Below, piece by piece: positions 13,278-25,300 of a stretch of DNA of 62,000 nt. This DNA comes from Vicugna vicugna (lineage: Eukaryota), in the NCBI GenBank assembly GCA_013265495.1, contig MU058009.1, forward strand, positions 4,282,739-4,344,738, written 5' to 3'. A program made the translations under genes and the position numbers. Within the stretch, counting starts at the first letter, position 1. Each line of letters begins with the position of its first letter. The notes beneath the pieces were generated by a model. It saw only the letters and a program-made list of their open reading frames with translations, was not told where the DNA came from and ran no database searches.

Positions 13278-13830
13278 GTGTGGTTCTCAAAGGATGGTCC
13301 CTGGGCATCACCTGGCCCTTTAGAAGAGAAGTTTGCCCGTTCCTGCAGTGCGGGAAGACTGAGTCTTGACGGTTCTCATCGCCGCTATTAAACCTCGTGT
13401 TCTGTCCACCCTCCTGCCTTCCCTCCTTCCCACCGCTCTGTGAACTTGCAGTTAGGGGAGCTCTCATCCACGCTCCAGCCGTCCCTCCTAGAGTGGTCCG
13501 TCCCCAAGGGGCCCTGCGCCCTCCCCGGGGCCCCTCACTGGCTCCCCCGACTGCCCCACCTTGGATTGACCTCTGCCGGCACAGGGCACCCGTTTCCCTG
13601 GCCCGGCCCTGAGGTGTACACTGCTCTGCGCTCCCCCACTTTGCCTTCTTCGGAGTCGCCTTTGTCTGGGGCGGATCACAGAGACCCAGCCCTCGCCCTG
13701 AGCCTTTGATCCTACGAGGGTGGGACAGCACCACGGGGTTCACAGCCCCGACCTCGGGCGGGACCCAGAAACCTGCGTTTTAACAGAGCCCCCAGGCGAC
13801 CGTGATGCACACCAGGTCTGAGAGCCAGTG
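13278..13830. mobile_element. MER5A-like hAT MITE split by a ~430-bp insertion
   Basis: Left part gtggttctcaaaggatggtccctgggcatcacctgg (13280-13315); right part ggacccagaaacctgcgttttaacagagcccccaggcgaccgtgatgcac...tgagagccagtg (to 13830). Confidence 0.7.
13302..13734 (+). repeat. Dispersed direct duplication, copy A (inferred derived copy)
   Basis: Aligns with 22658-23096; 13416-13612 is identical to 22771-22967. Confidence 0.97.
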
Positions 13831-15279
13831 CCGTGCGGTGGCCGCTGCGGGCCGGGAGCTGTGCTTTACGTGCCTTCCACCTCTTAATTCCCACTCATGC
13901 CCCGCGAGTAGGCGTCGCTGTCCTTGCCGAGATGAAGAAGTGGAGAGCCGAGAGGCTCATTCACCCACAGACCGGAAACGGCCAAGGTGAAGGGCACATC
14001 CCAGCCTACTTGACCCCGAGACCCGCGCGCTTGTTCGCCTCGGGCCCGTTGCTTGTTCTCAGTCTCTGGGGCACGTCTGCTCGCTGCTGTCAGACCTCCT
14101 GCCAGCCCCGGGCCGTGGTCCTTGGGCGGCCAGGTTTTCTCAGTGTCCCCCACCCCCCTGTCCAGGCACTGGGCCCCAGGCTGGGCACTGGGCTTGGCCT
14201 GGGCGTCACGCCCTCCCGGGGACCTCCGGCTCGGTCAGTGGGTCTCTGCAGGAACACCGCCGAGCGGAGGACGCGCCCCACCCCGGGCGCTCCCCTGTGC
14301 GTGGTCCGGTGAGGCGTCTCGCTCGCTCTGAGCTGCAGGCTGTCCCCCACCTGGACCGCGGTGCAAGGCAGGGGGACGGCTGCTCCCTGGCTCCGTCTGC
14401 TCCTTCCTCAGGTTGAGCACTATCATTCGCTCAGGCGATGGCATGTCCTCTGCTTGGATTGTTATTATTAGGTTGTTTTACACTTTAACAGCTTAGATGT
14501 GAAAAGAAATCGCTGGATTCCAGGCTATGTTTTTCATTATCTGACTCCATCCGGTTTTGCTCCGTGTCCTTCTGCTCCTGGGGACACTCCGTCCTCCCGG
14601 GTGGGGGGGCAGTGCGCCTCCTGCCGAGCCAGGACAGGTGGGGAGCGGGATACCAAATCCGCGCGAGGACCAGGCGCCGGCCTCCCCCCGGCCGGGCTGC
14701 TGCCCCTCGGGTGCTGCTGCACCATCCGCCCGTTTGTCACCTGCGTATTGGGGGCGGGGGCCTGTAGCCCTTCCCCCCCAGGAGGGTCGTCTCACCCCTT
14801 GCGTCTCTCCAGCAGAGGCTGATTCTGCTACGGTACCCCTCCCCCAGCCCCAAACAAACCCCTCTTCTGTCCACAGAAGGAGAGTTAAAGGGAATGACTT
14901 TGGCTTAATCGTCCTCGTAATGGATTCCGGACCCCTCCTGCGTAACTGCCGGGCAGCCCGGGAGGCCTGGTGTCCCTTCTCTAACGCCTTGCATGGCCGC
15001 CTTGCCCTTTACGGAAGGGCTCGCCTGGGTCGCTGCGGAGAGGGTATCGGGCCAGTCAGTCATCTGCATGACAGGGAAAGACGAGTGGCTTTCTCCCTCG
15101 CTGATTTATTTCTGCTGTCACACACCATTCCTGAGAAGGATTGGAGCAGAGAAGGTGACATGGATTTTTGTCCCCAGGAAGACTCCTTGGCAAAACAATT
15201 TTGATTGTTCGTGCATCGATTCAATTATTTGCTCGATAATCGCCATTGAGGACCTTCCGCAGTGCAGCTGTCCTAGGCC

Positions 15280-16870
15280 GGGAGGTACCTGAGGGGACAA
15301 AGGAGACACAGCCCCTGGCCTCACGGAGCTTCTGTTCTCGTGGGAGAGACGTGGATACGTGAACCTGATGATGTGTGACATGGTGATCACCGGGAAAAAA
15401 TTCAGCAGGGTGAGAGGCAGAGAGGCAATCGAGGGTCTTCTGGGGGTTTGCCATCTTCAGCAGAGTAGATCTGCATGGATTTCCTATGAAGCTTCCCTGT
15501 GACAGCTGAAGGGGGGGCACTTTGAGATGCTTCAGAGTGCGGGGAACGCAGCATTCAGAGCCTCTGCCCCGGGGGCTGCGGTGTCGGGTGTGGCTGACAC
15601 TCAGCGGATGACTGCATGAGCTGATGTCAAGGAGAGAGCGCTGTGGAGACAAACAGAACAGAGAAGGGACCAGGAGCCAGAGCGGTGCTGCTCTGGTCGG
15701 ATGTTGAGAGAGAGCCGGGCAGAGACCCGGAGCAGAGTGAAGGGAGGCAGTGATCGGGAGGGTGCTCCGGGCAGAGGGACCGGCAGGTTCCAAGGCCGTG
15801 AGCTGGGGACCCCTCTGGGGTCCGTGAGGAACAGCAGGAGTGCTGAAGCAGAAAGACGTCACCTGGGGTGTTGGGAAGAGAGCCAAGAGTCAGATCATGC
15901 TGTGCGTTGAAAACCAAGGTAAAGACTTCAGCATTTGTTCCAGTAAAAACACTGGCATGTCTTAAGCCAGAGAGTGAACTGGTTCAGCCGGTGTTGACAA
16001 AGGGTCAGTTTTACTGTTGGAAGAGAAAGGACAAGGGTGAGGGGGCGGGGCCTTGAGGGTGGCTGCGGAATAGCAGTGAGGATGCTGTCGCCTTCGTGCA
16101 TCAAGACGTGAGGGAGGCGTGCTCGCTTCGGCAGCACATACACGAAAATCAGAGCGAGACAGAGACGATTAGCATGGCCCCTGCGCAAGGGTGACGTGCA
16201 CACTCGTGAAGCACTCCGTATTAAAAAAAATAAAAACTGATGAAGGCACGGCCTGTGGGGGGGGATGAAGGCACGGAGGCTATCTTTAATCTAGAATGTA
16301 TTCTGAAAGCCGACGAGGCTTGCTGGCTTGTTAGACGGGGGTTGTGAGAAAGAGTTAGGAATCAAGGGCGATTCTAAGATCCGCGGCCTGTGCCTGCTGG
16401 CGGCTACTTATATCAGCTCTTGCCCTCAAGAACTCCAAGGGGAGCGAGCAGGCTTGTAGAAGGAAGAGGAGCTTGGACTCGAGGCGCTTGGTGCCTGCAG
16501 GTGGAGAAGCGGAGTAGGTGGTTGGCTACGCAAGGGCACAGAAGCTCGGGAACTCAGTCGAGGGGTCGTCAGCCTCCAGATGGCACTTGGGGCCCTGAGT
16601 CTGGGCATCACCACCTACCGAGTGAACAAGAGAGCTCCGTGGCTGGGCCTCGGGGCATTCCAGCACTGAGGTGTGACGGAAAGGAGGTCGGTCCAACAAA
16701 GACGACTGTGAGGAGGAAGGGAATCTGAAAACCACGTGCAGAGAGCACGTCATACACGGAGTACGTGACTAACGTCGCAGGTGCGCTTTCAAGTCCAGGA
16801 GGTGAGGACTGAGCACTGGTAAAATGCGCTTACCTGAGACGTCGGAGGGATGGACCTGGGGAAAGCCAGT
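15280..16870 (-). mobile_element. Long L2 LINE fragment interrupted by the U6 retrocopy
   Basis: gacacagcccctggcctcacggagcttctgttctcgtgggagagac; ccgggcagagggaccggcaggttccaaggccgtgag; ggaatcaagggcgattctaagat are L2-antisense-like blocks. Confidence 0.65.
16119..16236 (+). pseudogene. RNU6: Full-length U6 snRNA processed pseudogene with A-rich tail
   Basis: gtgctcgcttcggcagcacata...gattagcatggcccctgcgcaagg...tcgtgaagcactccgtatt aligns without gaps to U6 (15 mismatches in 104 nt by my count). Tail aaaaaaaataaaaa; degenerate TSD-like flanks aagacgtgagggaggc / aaaactgatgaaggc; no upstream TATA; lies inside an L2. Confidence 0.95.
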
Positions 16871-18649
16871 AGGTAAGATATTAACTGGAAAGGGAGAGAA
16901 TGGGTTGAAGAAAGGGACGGGGTGATACCCTGTTTCTGAGCAGTTTTTCTTTGAGGGTTAGCAGAACTGGGGCTGGGGCTCGTGGACAGTGTGAGGACAA
17001 AGGAATTTTCTCCCAAAGCGCAGTCCGCAGCCCGGCGTCCCTCGGCCGCTCCCCGCTGTCACTGCAGTGTAATTACGCGTCTTAGAACTCCCAGGGGTCC
17101 TTCTTCCTCAGATGAAATAAAAGAAGGAATTAAAAGACTTGTTTCTACTTGTGGAGGAGCCTCTAAAATCTGACCTTCAGCCATGTCACCCCAGATGTCT
17201 TCATGTGGCTTTTGAGTGCTCTGGGCAGTTGGAGGGAAAATCACCATGTTGTTAAAGCAACAGACCGTCTCTGACCCTGAGGGACATGGCCTGGAGGGGA
17301 CACGGTCCGCTGGGAGGCCCAGGGAGGGCTCCACTGGGGGCTGATCACGGAAGCACTTACTTCCCGGGGTGTGAAGCAGCCGTGAGAAGGGGCAGGGAGG
17401 CGCAGGACGGTTTCTGCTCCCCCCACCCCTCCCCAGGGCCAGGGAGACGGGCTCAAAGTCCTCAGTATTCGACCCTCCGTGACCAGGCACTCGGCCGGAG
17501 CAAGGCTACCGGGTACGTCTTTTCTCTGAAAGCAGAGCAGGACCGAGTGAGCCATGGGCAGCCACCCCTCTGGCCGCAGTGATTGTCCAAGAGAGGCCCC
17601 CTCCACACCCGGAGGAAGCTCAGTGGGGGAATGGAGGGAGAAGGCCCACCACACCCGGAGGTGCGGACCAGCACCGCCCAGGTCTAGTGCTGGGGGGGAG
17701 GCTCTGTCCGGGGAAAACGCTTCAGCTCTAGACAGACGGGCACCCCGGACCTCCCGCAGGCGCCCCGCTGCCCCAGCGCTGCTGACCCCGGTCCTGCGGG
17801 GGTGGGGGGGGCAGGCAGTCTCGGCATTTAGTCTGGAAGAGCGTTAGAGCTGGGAGGTGCTCGCCCCTGGGAGAGAGCCCCTGCCGTGCGACGGGCAGCA
17901 CCTCCTCCGCGTCAGCCCGGCTGGCGGCCAGGTCCCCAGCACCCACCCGCGGTGCTTCTCCTCGGAGTCCCAGCCCCCCGCCCTCCCTGTCCCCGTCGCC
18001 CAGGAGCCTCCCTTTCCCCCGAGAGGGGAAACATCCGCGATGGGTGGGGCACGTGTGCAAGACGGAGGGACGGGGACGTGGGCCCTTTCCCTCTGCGTCT
18101 CTCTCTGCCCGGGACCCACGGCCCTTTGAGTGCAGGGCAGTTTAGTGAGCCATCGTGCTTTCCTCCTCATCACTTTGCTCCCTGTGGCTTTGCTGTTAAG
18201 CGTCCGCACTGACCGGTCCCTGCTCTGCTCCTGGAGGCCCACACTTCTCCGTGTGTTGACATGTTTTCTCTCTTTGTCACAGCACTTTCCTTGGCCTCTT
18301 GATTTTGGTCACTCAGGTGTTGTCATGGCAATGACATCCTCAGAAGAGTGGAGCTGCTCATGTTGTCATGGTTATAAGGACCTCTTGATGAGAACCCCAC
18401 TTCACTGTCTTCACGCGGACGGCAGTAAGGAATGCTGGGATCTCTCGGCAAGCCTGAATTCTTAGGCTCGAAGCTAGTGGTTCTGCGCCTGAAAATGCAA
18501 GGGCGGTAACTGATGGGCAGGTAGCGGCGGTCTGTCCCTACGAAAAGGAGGAGACTGAAAGAGGGGCCGCCCTCATCCTGCTCACCACTGCCGCGCCCTC
18601 CTCCCCCTCCTCTCCGTCGTCAGCATCTTCACCGCCATCTCCGCCATCT

Positions 18650-18920
18650 TCAGGGTCAGCAGCAGCCTAGTGGCCAACGTCTTTCTTGTAGGCTGCGTTC
18701 GGGCACTTTTCTAAATGTCTTACCTGCGTGAACTCTTTAATTCTCTTGACAGCCTTCCGATGTGGGGGTTACTCATGTTCTCTTGTAGGCAAAGGAACTG
18801 AGACACAGAGAGCTTACCTAAGTGCCTTGCTCAGAGACACACACTAGCAGGGGAGGCTGTGAAGACTGACCCAGGCCTTTGGCTGGAGAGGCCTCACTCT
18901 GAACCCATTAACCCACTACT
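18650..18920 (-). mobile_element. MIR SINE
   Basis: gtaggcaaaggaactgagacacagagagctt...ccttgctcagagacacacactagcag. Confidence 0.65.
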
Positions 18921-19789
18921 CACCGTTGTCCCGTTTGAGCACTGGCAGCAAAAGTCAAGGTAAATCAGCTCAGCTACCAACGGAGGTGCCGAATTAGATC
19001 ATCTATTTTCTTTCACTATAATTCCACTCATTTACACCAATTTTAATTTTTAAAATCTTCTCATATTTTACTTTGATTCTGTAACAACCCTATGAGGTTA
19101 ACATTGCTGGTAACTCAAGTCTGGAGTCTGCGGCTTCCCAAGGAGGCTTGGCGGCTAAACTCCGTGTCAGTCTAGTCCTGAATGCACGACGACCTGCTGA
19201 TTCCGAGTCCAGGGTTTGCTGCGTCCTGCTGCCCCTCCTGTCACATGTCGTGGCCCAGGTGCTGGCCCTGGGGAGGAGAGGGGCCACACCGCCTAAGGTG
19301 AAGCAGAGGAATAAATGGCAGGTCATGGCCCGGCATCCAGGCGGACGTCTGCCCTCTTCTGCCCCCCGGCTCCGGGCCTGACGCCTGCACACCCCCAGTG
19401 CCCGCCCGCCCCCGCCACAGGGCAGGCAGGAGCTGGCGGCCTTCCCGCCAACCCAGGGACCGGCGCCGACCCCGTGCGGCTCTGAGCAGGGGCTTTAAGG
19501 CCCGTGGGAGAGTCCCGGTAGAAGGCTCCCCCAGGAAGGGTTCAGAGGGCCCTGTGTCTGCGCCAGCGTTCAGGAAACGACATTGAGACACGCATGAGTT
19601 CCTTAGAGAGGAGCCTCTACGAAAGCACGGCTTTCAAAGCAGAAGACACTCGGGCCTGTGAGTTGCCGGGCGTCATTCAGGTGTAAGGGGCTGGGGGGGG
19701 ATGGCAATGAAGTTAGTAAAGGCAGCAAAGGTCTGCAGTGTTCTTACTGCTCTAGGCCACACCCCCCACGTCAGCTCACGTGACTTCGG

Positions 19790-19915
19790 AACAGCCCTGT
19801 GAGCTTAGATACTACTACTACCCGTGTTGGGCAGATGAGGACACAGTGGCACGGAGATGCTCAGTCACCCGCTGAGGGGGATGTAGCTGGTAGGAGGCAG
19901 AGCTGGGACCCGGCC
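19790..19915 (-). mobile_element. MIR SINE fragment
   Basis: cccgtgttgggcagatgaggacacagtggcacggagatgctcagtcacccgctgagg. Confidence 0.6.
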
Positions 19916-20024
19916 CTCCTCTTGGGGATCCGCCTGGAGAAATCGGCACGCCGTCTCCCGCGGGCTTGGACCGGGTCCCGGGAGCTGGGCCTGCGCTCGA
20001 TCGGAGGCAGGACATGGTGACCTT

Positions 20025-20225
20025 TCAAGACTCCAGTTCTGATTACACCACTTTCTGAGCAGTGTCCCCTTGGCCACATGGCCACCCTCTGAGCCTCAGG
20101 CATCTCACCTGTAAAGCGGGTCTCATGACAGGATGTGCATCCTGGGCTTCTGCAAGGATGGCGCGAGATGACACAGCAAATGTACGCCCTGGGCCTGGAG
20201 CAGAATAAACGTTCTTCAGATGTTT
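20025..20225 (+). mobile_element. MIR SINE fragment
   Basis: ccttggccacatggccaccctctgagcctcaggcatctcacctgtaaagcggg. Confidence 0.6.
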
Positions 20226-22399
20226 GTCGTAGGAGCGGTGGCATCAGGAGGTGGAGACGTGAGCAAGGTGCATCGCGACCCTGCCCTCGGCAGCAGAGCC
20301 TCACGTTAGCTTTAAAGATTAGCAGGCTACTCAGAACATGTGTGTCAGGCGTCATAGCTCACGTGTGGCAGGTGGGACGTGGGTGCCCAGTCCCACGCCT
20401 GCCCAAACCCCCATCTCATCTAATACAGTTTGCCCTGTGCTACCTTTAAATGACCTCTTGGTAGAAGAGCCACCATTTCCCTTTGTCAGCCTTTCCTAGA
20501 GCCTCAGTTTCCCTTTGACTCCAACCTCCAGCCCCTTATCAGGTGCTCAGTGGACACTGGAGGCCACTAACGAGTGTCCCTGAATAGAGGGAGTGAGCGG
20601 CTGACCAGGGTCTCCTTACCATCTTCTCTTCCACCTGCAAAAAAGTAAGTTCACAGTGAGCAGCGTCTGTTTGGATAGAAACGTAAGCTGAAGCAGCAGA
20701 AAGTGGCTGAAGTCTAACCCAAAGCAATGCTCTGTCCTAGGTGGTGACAGACAAAAACACAAAGAGAAAATTCATATTTCTCCTCTAAAAAGACGTTTTC
20801 CTGGCAGGTATCCATTCAGTGTTGCGTTCTGTTCCGGCCGTTTCTGTGTAAGCAAGGTCACAGCTGCCCTGAGCGCGTGTCCCTGTAAGCTGGGAGTCCC
20901 GTCCAGAAGGCCTGACGGAGAGCCCCCTCCGGGCCCCCTTCCAGGAAGAGGAGCTTGGACGCAGGGTCCGAGCCGCCCACAGGACTTGGTACTGCTTTGC
21001 GGCTTCCGTGTGTGGTGCTTGGCCGTCAGCTCTGAGGAGGTTTCCTCGTGCCTGTTAAGATGAAAATGCCCCCCTCTGCCTGGCTGGCTGGTAGGGCGGC
21101 CCCTGGGAGAAGGCTGGCCCGTCTGCCCCCCGGATGCCACGGCTGCAGAGGGATGTGAAGACGAAGTGGGAGACAGCCCGCAGGGTCACAGCGGTGTCTC
21201 TGCCGAGATGCAAGTTACACACAGAGGGGAATTGGAAACGTCACGTTGAGTTGTCACCCCACCCACGTCTCGCCCGGGAGAGTTCTCCAGCTGGAAAGGG
21301 CTGGGACCCCAGCCCCTCAGCGCTATTACGGCTCCTGTTGACTATAAAGTTCCTGCTGCGAGAAGGAAGGAAGGAGGCCCTTGCCAAGTGCTCGGGGGGG
21401 TGCAAGTGACTTCGCCATCTGATGCCGTCCATCGCGCTGGGGAACATCGGTGGGGGGGAGGAAAAGGAGGAAGGAGAGTGAAGAGTGTGTCGGGAAGTTG
21501 GCAACCGATAACCCGGCCTTCACTGAAACGAGGCCCGGCTGCGGCGCCGTGTGAAACAGCAGACGCCGGGCTCCTCGGTCGGGCACGTGTCTGTGCAGTG
21601 AAGCTTGGGACTGGAGGTCCTTCAGCACCCAGATGCCCACCTGACAGCCCGTGGGGCCACCCATGCTGAGAGCCGGGGTCAGGGGTACAGGGACGGGAAG
21701 AGCCCTTTTGTGGGGACACTTGATTTGCTCTTTGCTCTGCCTGTTACTAAGTGGGTGACGCTCTAACCAGTCCGCTCCCCTGAACCTCTGCTTCCTCACC
21801 TGTAAACGAGGATCAGAGCATGGAGATGAGCGGTCCTACTTCCCAGGTGCTTTGTCAGCACAGAAACATCGTGTGCCCCGTCCTTTGTTGAAAGTTCCGC
21901 GTTGATCAAGCACATTCTCCAGGGCAAGGCCGGGAAAGGAAACCAGGAGGGCGAGGGGCGGGGTGTGGACCGGGTACAGTGCCATCTGAGACACAGATTT
22001 CTTTTACGTTTCTGCAGCACAGACTCAAAAAGCAAATGACGTAACCACTGTTTGTGACCATTGTCATAACATCAGTTCTTTATCTTTGTCAGTCTTACCT
22101 GGATTCATGCAGCATCATTACCCTGAAAGTTCCCCTAAGCATTTCACAAACGCTGCCTAGAATGAAGCCCAAGTGAGCGAGGAGGAGAGTTGAGTCTGGA
22201 ACTTGTTTAAAAGGAGCAGAACAGCGGGACATAACTGTGCAGAACAGAAATTGCAGCAGTCAGACGGGGAGTGGCAGGGCAGAAGGAAGATTCCAGTGGG
22301 CGCTGGTTTTAGAATCCGGCTGGGATCTCTGACTTGCAAAGGACTCAGGAGCTCGAAGTCAGCGCCGGGTCCCCTCGTCCTGTTACGTGACAGCAGAGC

Positions 22400-22700
22400 C
22401 AGGGCTCCCCAGGCCCCGGCACCTGGGCCGCATCTGACCTGCCTTTGAGCATCCCGTGAGCTCAGAGAGAACTTCGCGTGTTTTCATGGCTGAATTCGAA
22501 ATTAAAGAAAAGCAGTATTTCATGACGTGGGCAAATTATTCGAAACAAAAATGTTTCATGAGAACATAAAACACAGCCGCCCCCTCTGCTTCTGACTGCT
22601 TCCGCCCTGTAGTGTCAGAGTGTAGTTTCGAGGCTGTACTTCCTGCAAAGCCTGAAGTGGGCATCACTGGCCCTTTAGAAGAGAAGTTTGCCCGTGCCTG
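22400..22700. mobile_element. MER58B-like hAT MITE, near full length
   Basis: aaagaaaagcagtatttcatgacgtgggcaaattattcgaaa...aaacacagcc...cctgcaaagcctgaa...ctggccctttagaagagaagtttgcccgtgcctg matches the recalled MER58B body and terminus. Confidence 0.7.
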
Positions 22701-23096
22701 CGACGCACAAAGACCGAGTGTTGACGGCTCTGATCACTGCTGTTAAACCTCATGTTCTGCCCACCCTCCCGCCTTCCCTCCTTCCCACCGCTCTGTGAAC
22801 TTGCAGTTAGGGGAGCTCTCATCCACGCTCCAGCCGTCCCTCCTAGAGTGGTCCGTCCCCAAGGGGCCCTGCGCCCTCCCCGGGGCCCCTCACTGGCTCC
22901 CCCGACTGCCCCACCTTGGATTGACCTCTGCCGGCACAGGGCACCCGTTTCCCTGGCCCGGCCCTGACGTGTACACTGCTCTGCACTCCTCCACTTTGCC
23001 TTCTTTGGAGTCGCCTTTGTCTGGGGCGGGGGGGGCGTCACAGAGACCCAGCCCTCGCCCTGAGACTTTGATCCTGTGAGCTTAGGACAGCGTCAC
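22658..23096 (+). repeat. Dispersed direct duplication, copy B (inferred donor)
   Basis: Aligns with 13302-13734; begins inside the 3' end of a complete MER58B-like element. Confidence 0.97.
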
Positions 23097-25109
23097 TGCT
23101 CTGCTGTCGGTTCTGAGTCCCCTTCCCGTGGGGAAGGTGTTCAGATACTGTCGCCGTTTCTCTTTTCCGTGTGGCACTTGGTGGCAGCCCCTGCCCTGCC
23201 TTCACTAGTGGTGGTCCTGCGGGCACCATCGCCTGTGACGAGCAGGTGTGAGAAAGCGGCACCTCCTGACCCCCCCAGTGCGTGCAGACGCCCTAACCTG
23301 TCTGGTCTCACACCTGGGCCTGACCGTCCCTGGAGCCCCCCCCCCGCCCCCAGGGGCCCTGTCTCTGTCTGGAATGTCTGCAGCCCTGCATTTACTTGTG
23401 CAGCAGAGGTGACAGGCCTTAGGTGTCCTGGACTCGACCCAATTTATCATGTTCCTTTTGAAATTCTCAGGCATCTTCTAAGCGAACAGCCTTTCCGAAT
23501 CTCATCACTATGACTTCATAGCTTCAAAAATACTTTGCACATTATTATAATAATGATAATCTGACCAGTGGGAGGAAAGGGTCATTCTGACAAGGAGATT
23601 CCTCTGCTGTTGAGACTTTGAAATCCTGTCACTCACTTTTGAAAGCGCATCGCAACTTTTGTGTCAAAAAATGAATGCGTGGTTCTTGCTACCTGCTGGA
23701 GGTACAGGGGCTACTTACAATCTTCACAACTTTCCTCCTTTTCAAAATTGCAGAAATTTCACCGTCATAAACTTAACCTTTAGAAGTAGATCTTCAACTT
23801 TAAATCTGGTAGATGTGCTTGGAAGAGATGAGAAGGCCAGGCCTCTCCCGGACGAGCAGCAAGCCTGGCGCGTTGCAGGCAGCTCCCTCCGGGACGGAGC
23901 GGGCTTGCTTCCTCTCCCCCTCCTCTGTGCCTCGCACGGCCCTCCCTCGGCTCCTGAGACCCCGCTGTAGCAGAGGTCAGAGCCACGGCACTCCCTCGTC
24001 GTCAGTGGGATAAATTCTGCAGCAAAGCCCGGATCCTAAAGTCAGGCCACGCGGGTTTCCTGATGCAGAGGTGTCTTCCCTGCTTCTGTCTTCCCGGAAT
24101 GCCATGAGAACCCCCTTTAGACCCTGCAGGGAGATGGGACACGCTGGGGTCCTGTGCTGCGTGGCCAGGAAGCGGGGTGTGCAGCCCGACACCCAGCAAG
24201 CTGTAACCGTTCTGCGCCCGTGTGTGCGTGTGGCCTTCCTTCCAGCGCATCTCTGGTCGCCAGACCTCCTCCTCTTGTGTCGTGATTAAGCTGAGCTGAC
24301 AAGTGGAGAGGCTTTAGAATGAGTGGATGCCTAGAATCCAGCACTGTGGTCGCCCTGAAATGGGAGGGAAAGCTATCAAAGTGCAATCTGTCCTCTTTTC
24401 TCTATTTTCCTTTCTTTTCCTCTCCCTGTGCACCCCTGAAGACTGTGCCCTGGGACAGTGCCCTGGGCTTTTTAACAGTTCCTTGAGGTAATTTATGCCG
24501 AGACACGTGGGGCTCAGAGATGCCCCCACCCGGAGAGTCATCGGGTGAACAGCTGACAGAGCCGCGTGTTGGCTGGGTTTCCCACGTCAGTTCCTCCAAA
24601 CGCTCTGTGGACCTGCTTACGTTCTCATCATCAGGGCTTTGAAAAGCGAGTCCCCTGGGAAAGCGCACAACTAATTAGTGTCCACCTTTGCACAGGCAGC
24701 CCCCTTGAACAACGCGGGGCTGGCTGGCAAAGCCTGAACTCAGTGGCACCTTCCCGCGTCAGCCATCCTGCTGTTGCTCCAGGCCATTCTGAAGCGCCTC
24801 TCACGGGTGTGCTCGCTTAAAGCGTAAGCCGTCAGATGTTTTGACTAAATATATTTGAGTACTTCAGTCAGAACATTTGATGGTTGTACAGAGATACGTA
24901 TAAATGGACAGCTGTACATGTGTGTATACGTATGCGGTTGTTTGATAGCAGATTTGTACGTAGCCATCACATTATATATAAAACACAGTAACCGTTACTC
25001 ATCTGTAACCATTTAGACAATGTTATTACTCATCTGATTTATGATACTTTGATCTACAAAGTAAAAGCCATGCTTGAAGAATGATTCTGATCTCACTGAA
25101 ATGATTCAA

Positions 25110-25300
25110 AGCATCACTAAGTAACTTCTCTTGAGCATTGATTCTTCTCTAACCCTGGGCACGGTGCTCTTCATCTGTGATCACATTTAATCTTCGCCAC
25201 GGCCCAGTAAGGTGGGCACCTTTTAATCCCCATTTTACAGATAAGGCGACTGAAGCTCAGAGAGGTACGGTGACTCGTACAAAGTCCCCGGAAACGCCTG
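25110..25300 (-). mobile_element. MIR SINE
   Basis: tttaatccccattttacagataaggcgactgaagctcagagaggtacggtgactcg. Confidence 0.75.

Noticed and set aside
12775..13743. Longest ORF (322 aa, minus strand) and its paralogous ORF at 22664-23041
   Set aside because: It runs through MER5A, MER58B and the local duplication, has G/R/P/A-biased composition and no recognisable domain. The paralogy reflects DNA duplication only.
16119..16222. Functional U6 snRNA gene
   Set aside because: 15 substitutions, an A-rich tail instead of an oligo-T terminator, no upstream TATA, and insertion inside an L2.
16239..16276. 13-bp direct repeat gatgaaggcacgg just after the U6 tail
   Set aside because: Both copies lie downstream of the insertion, so it is a small local duplication and not the TSD.
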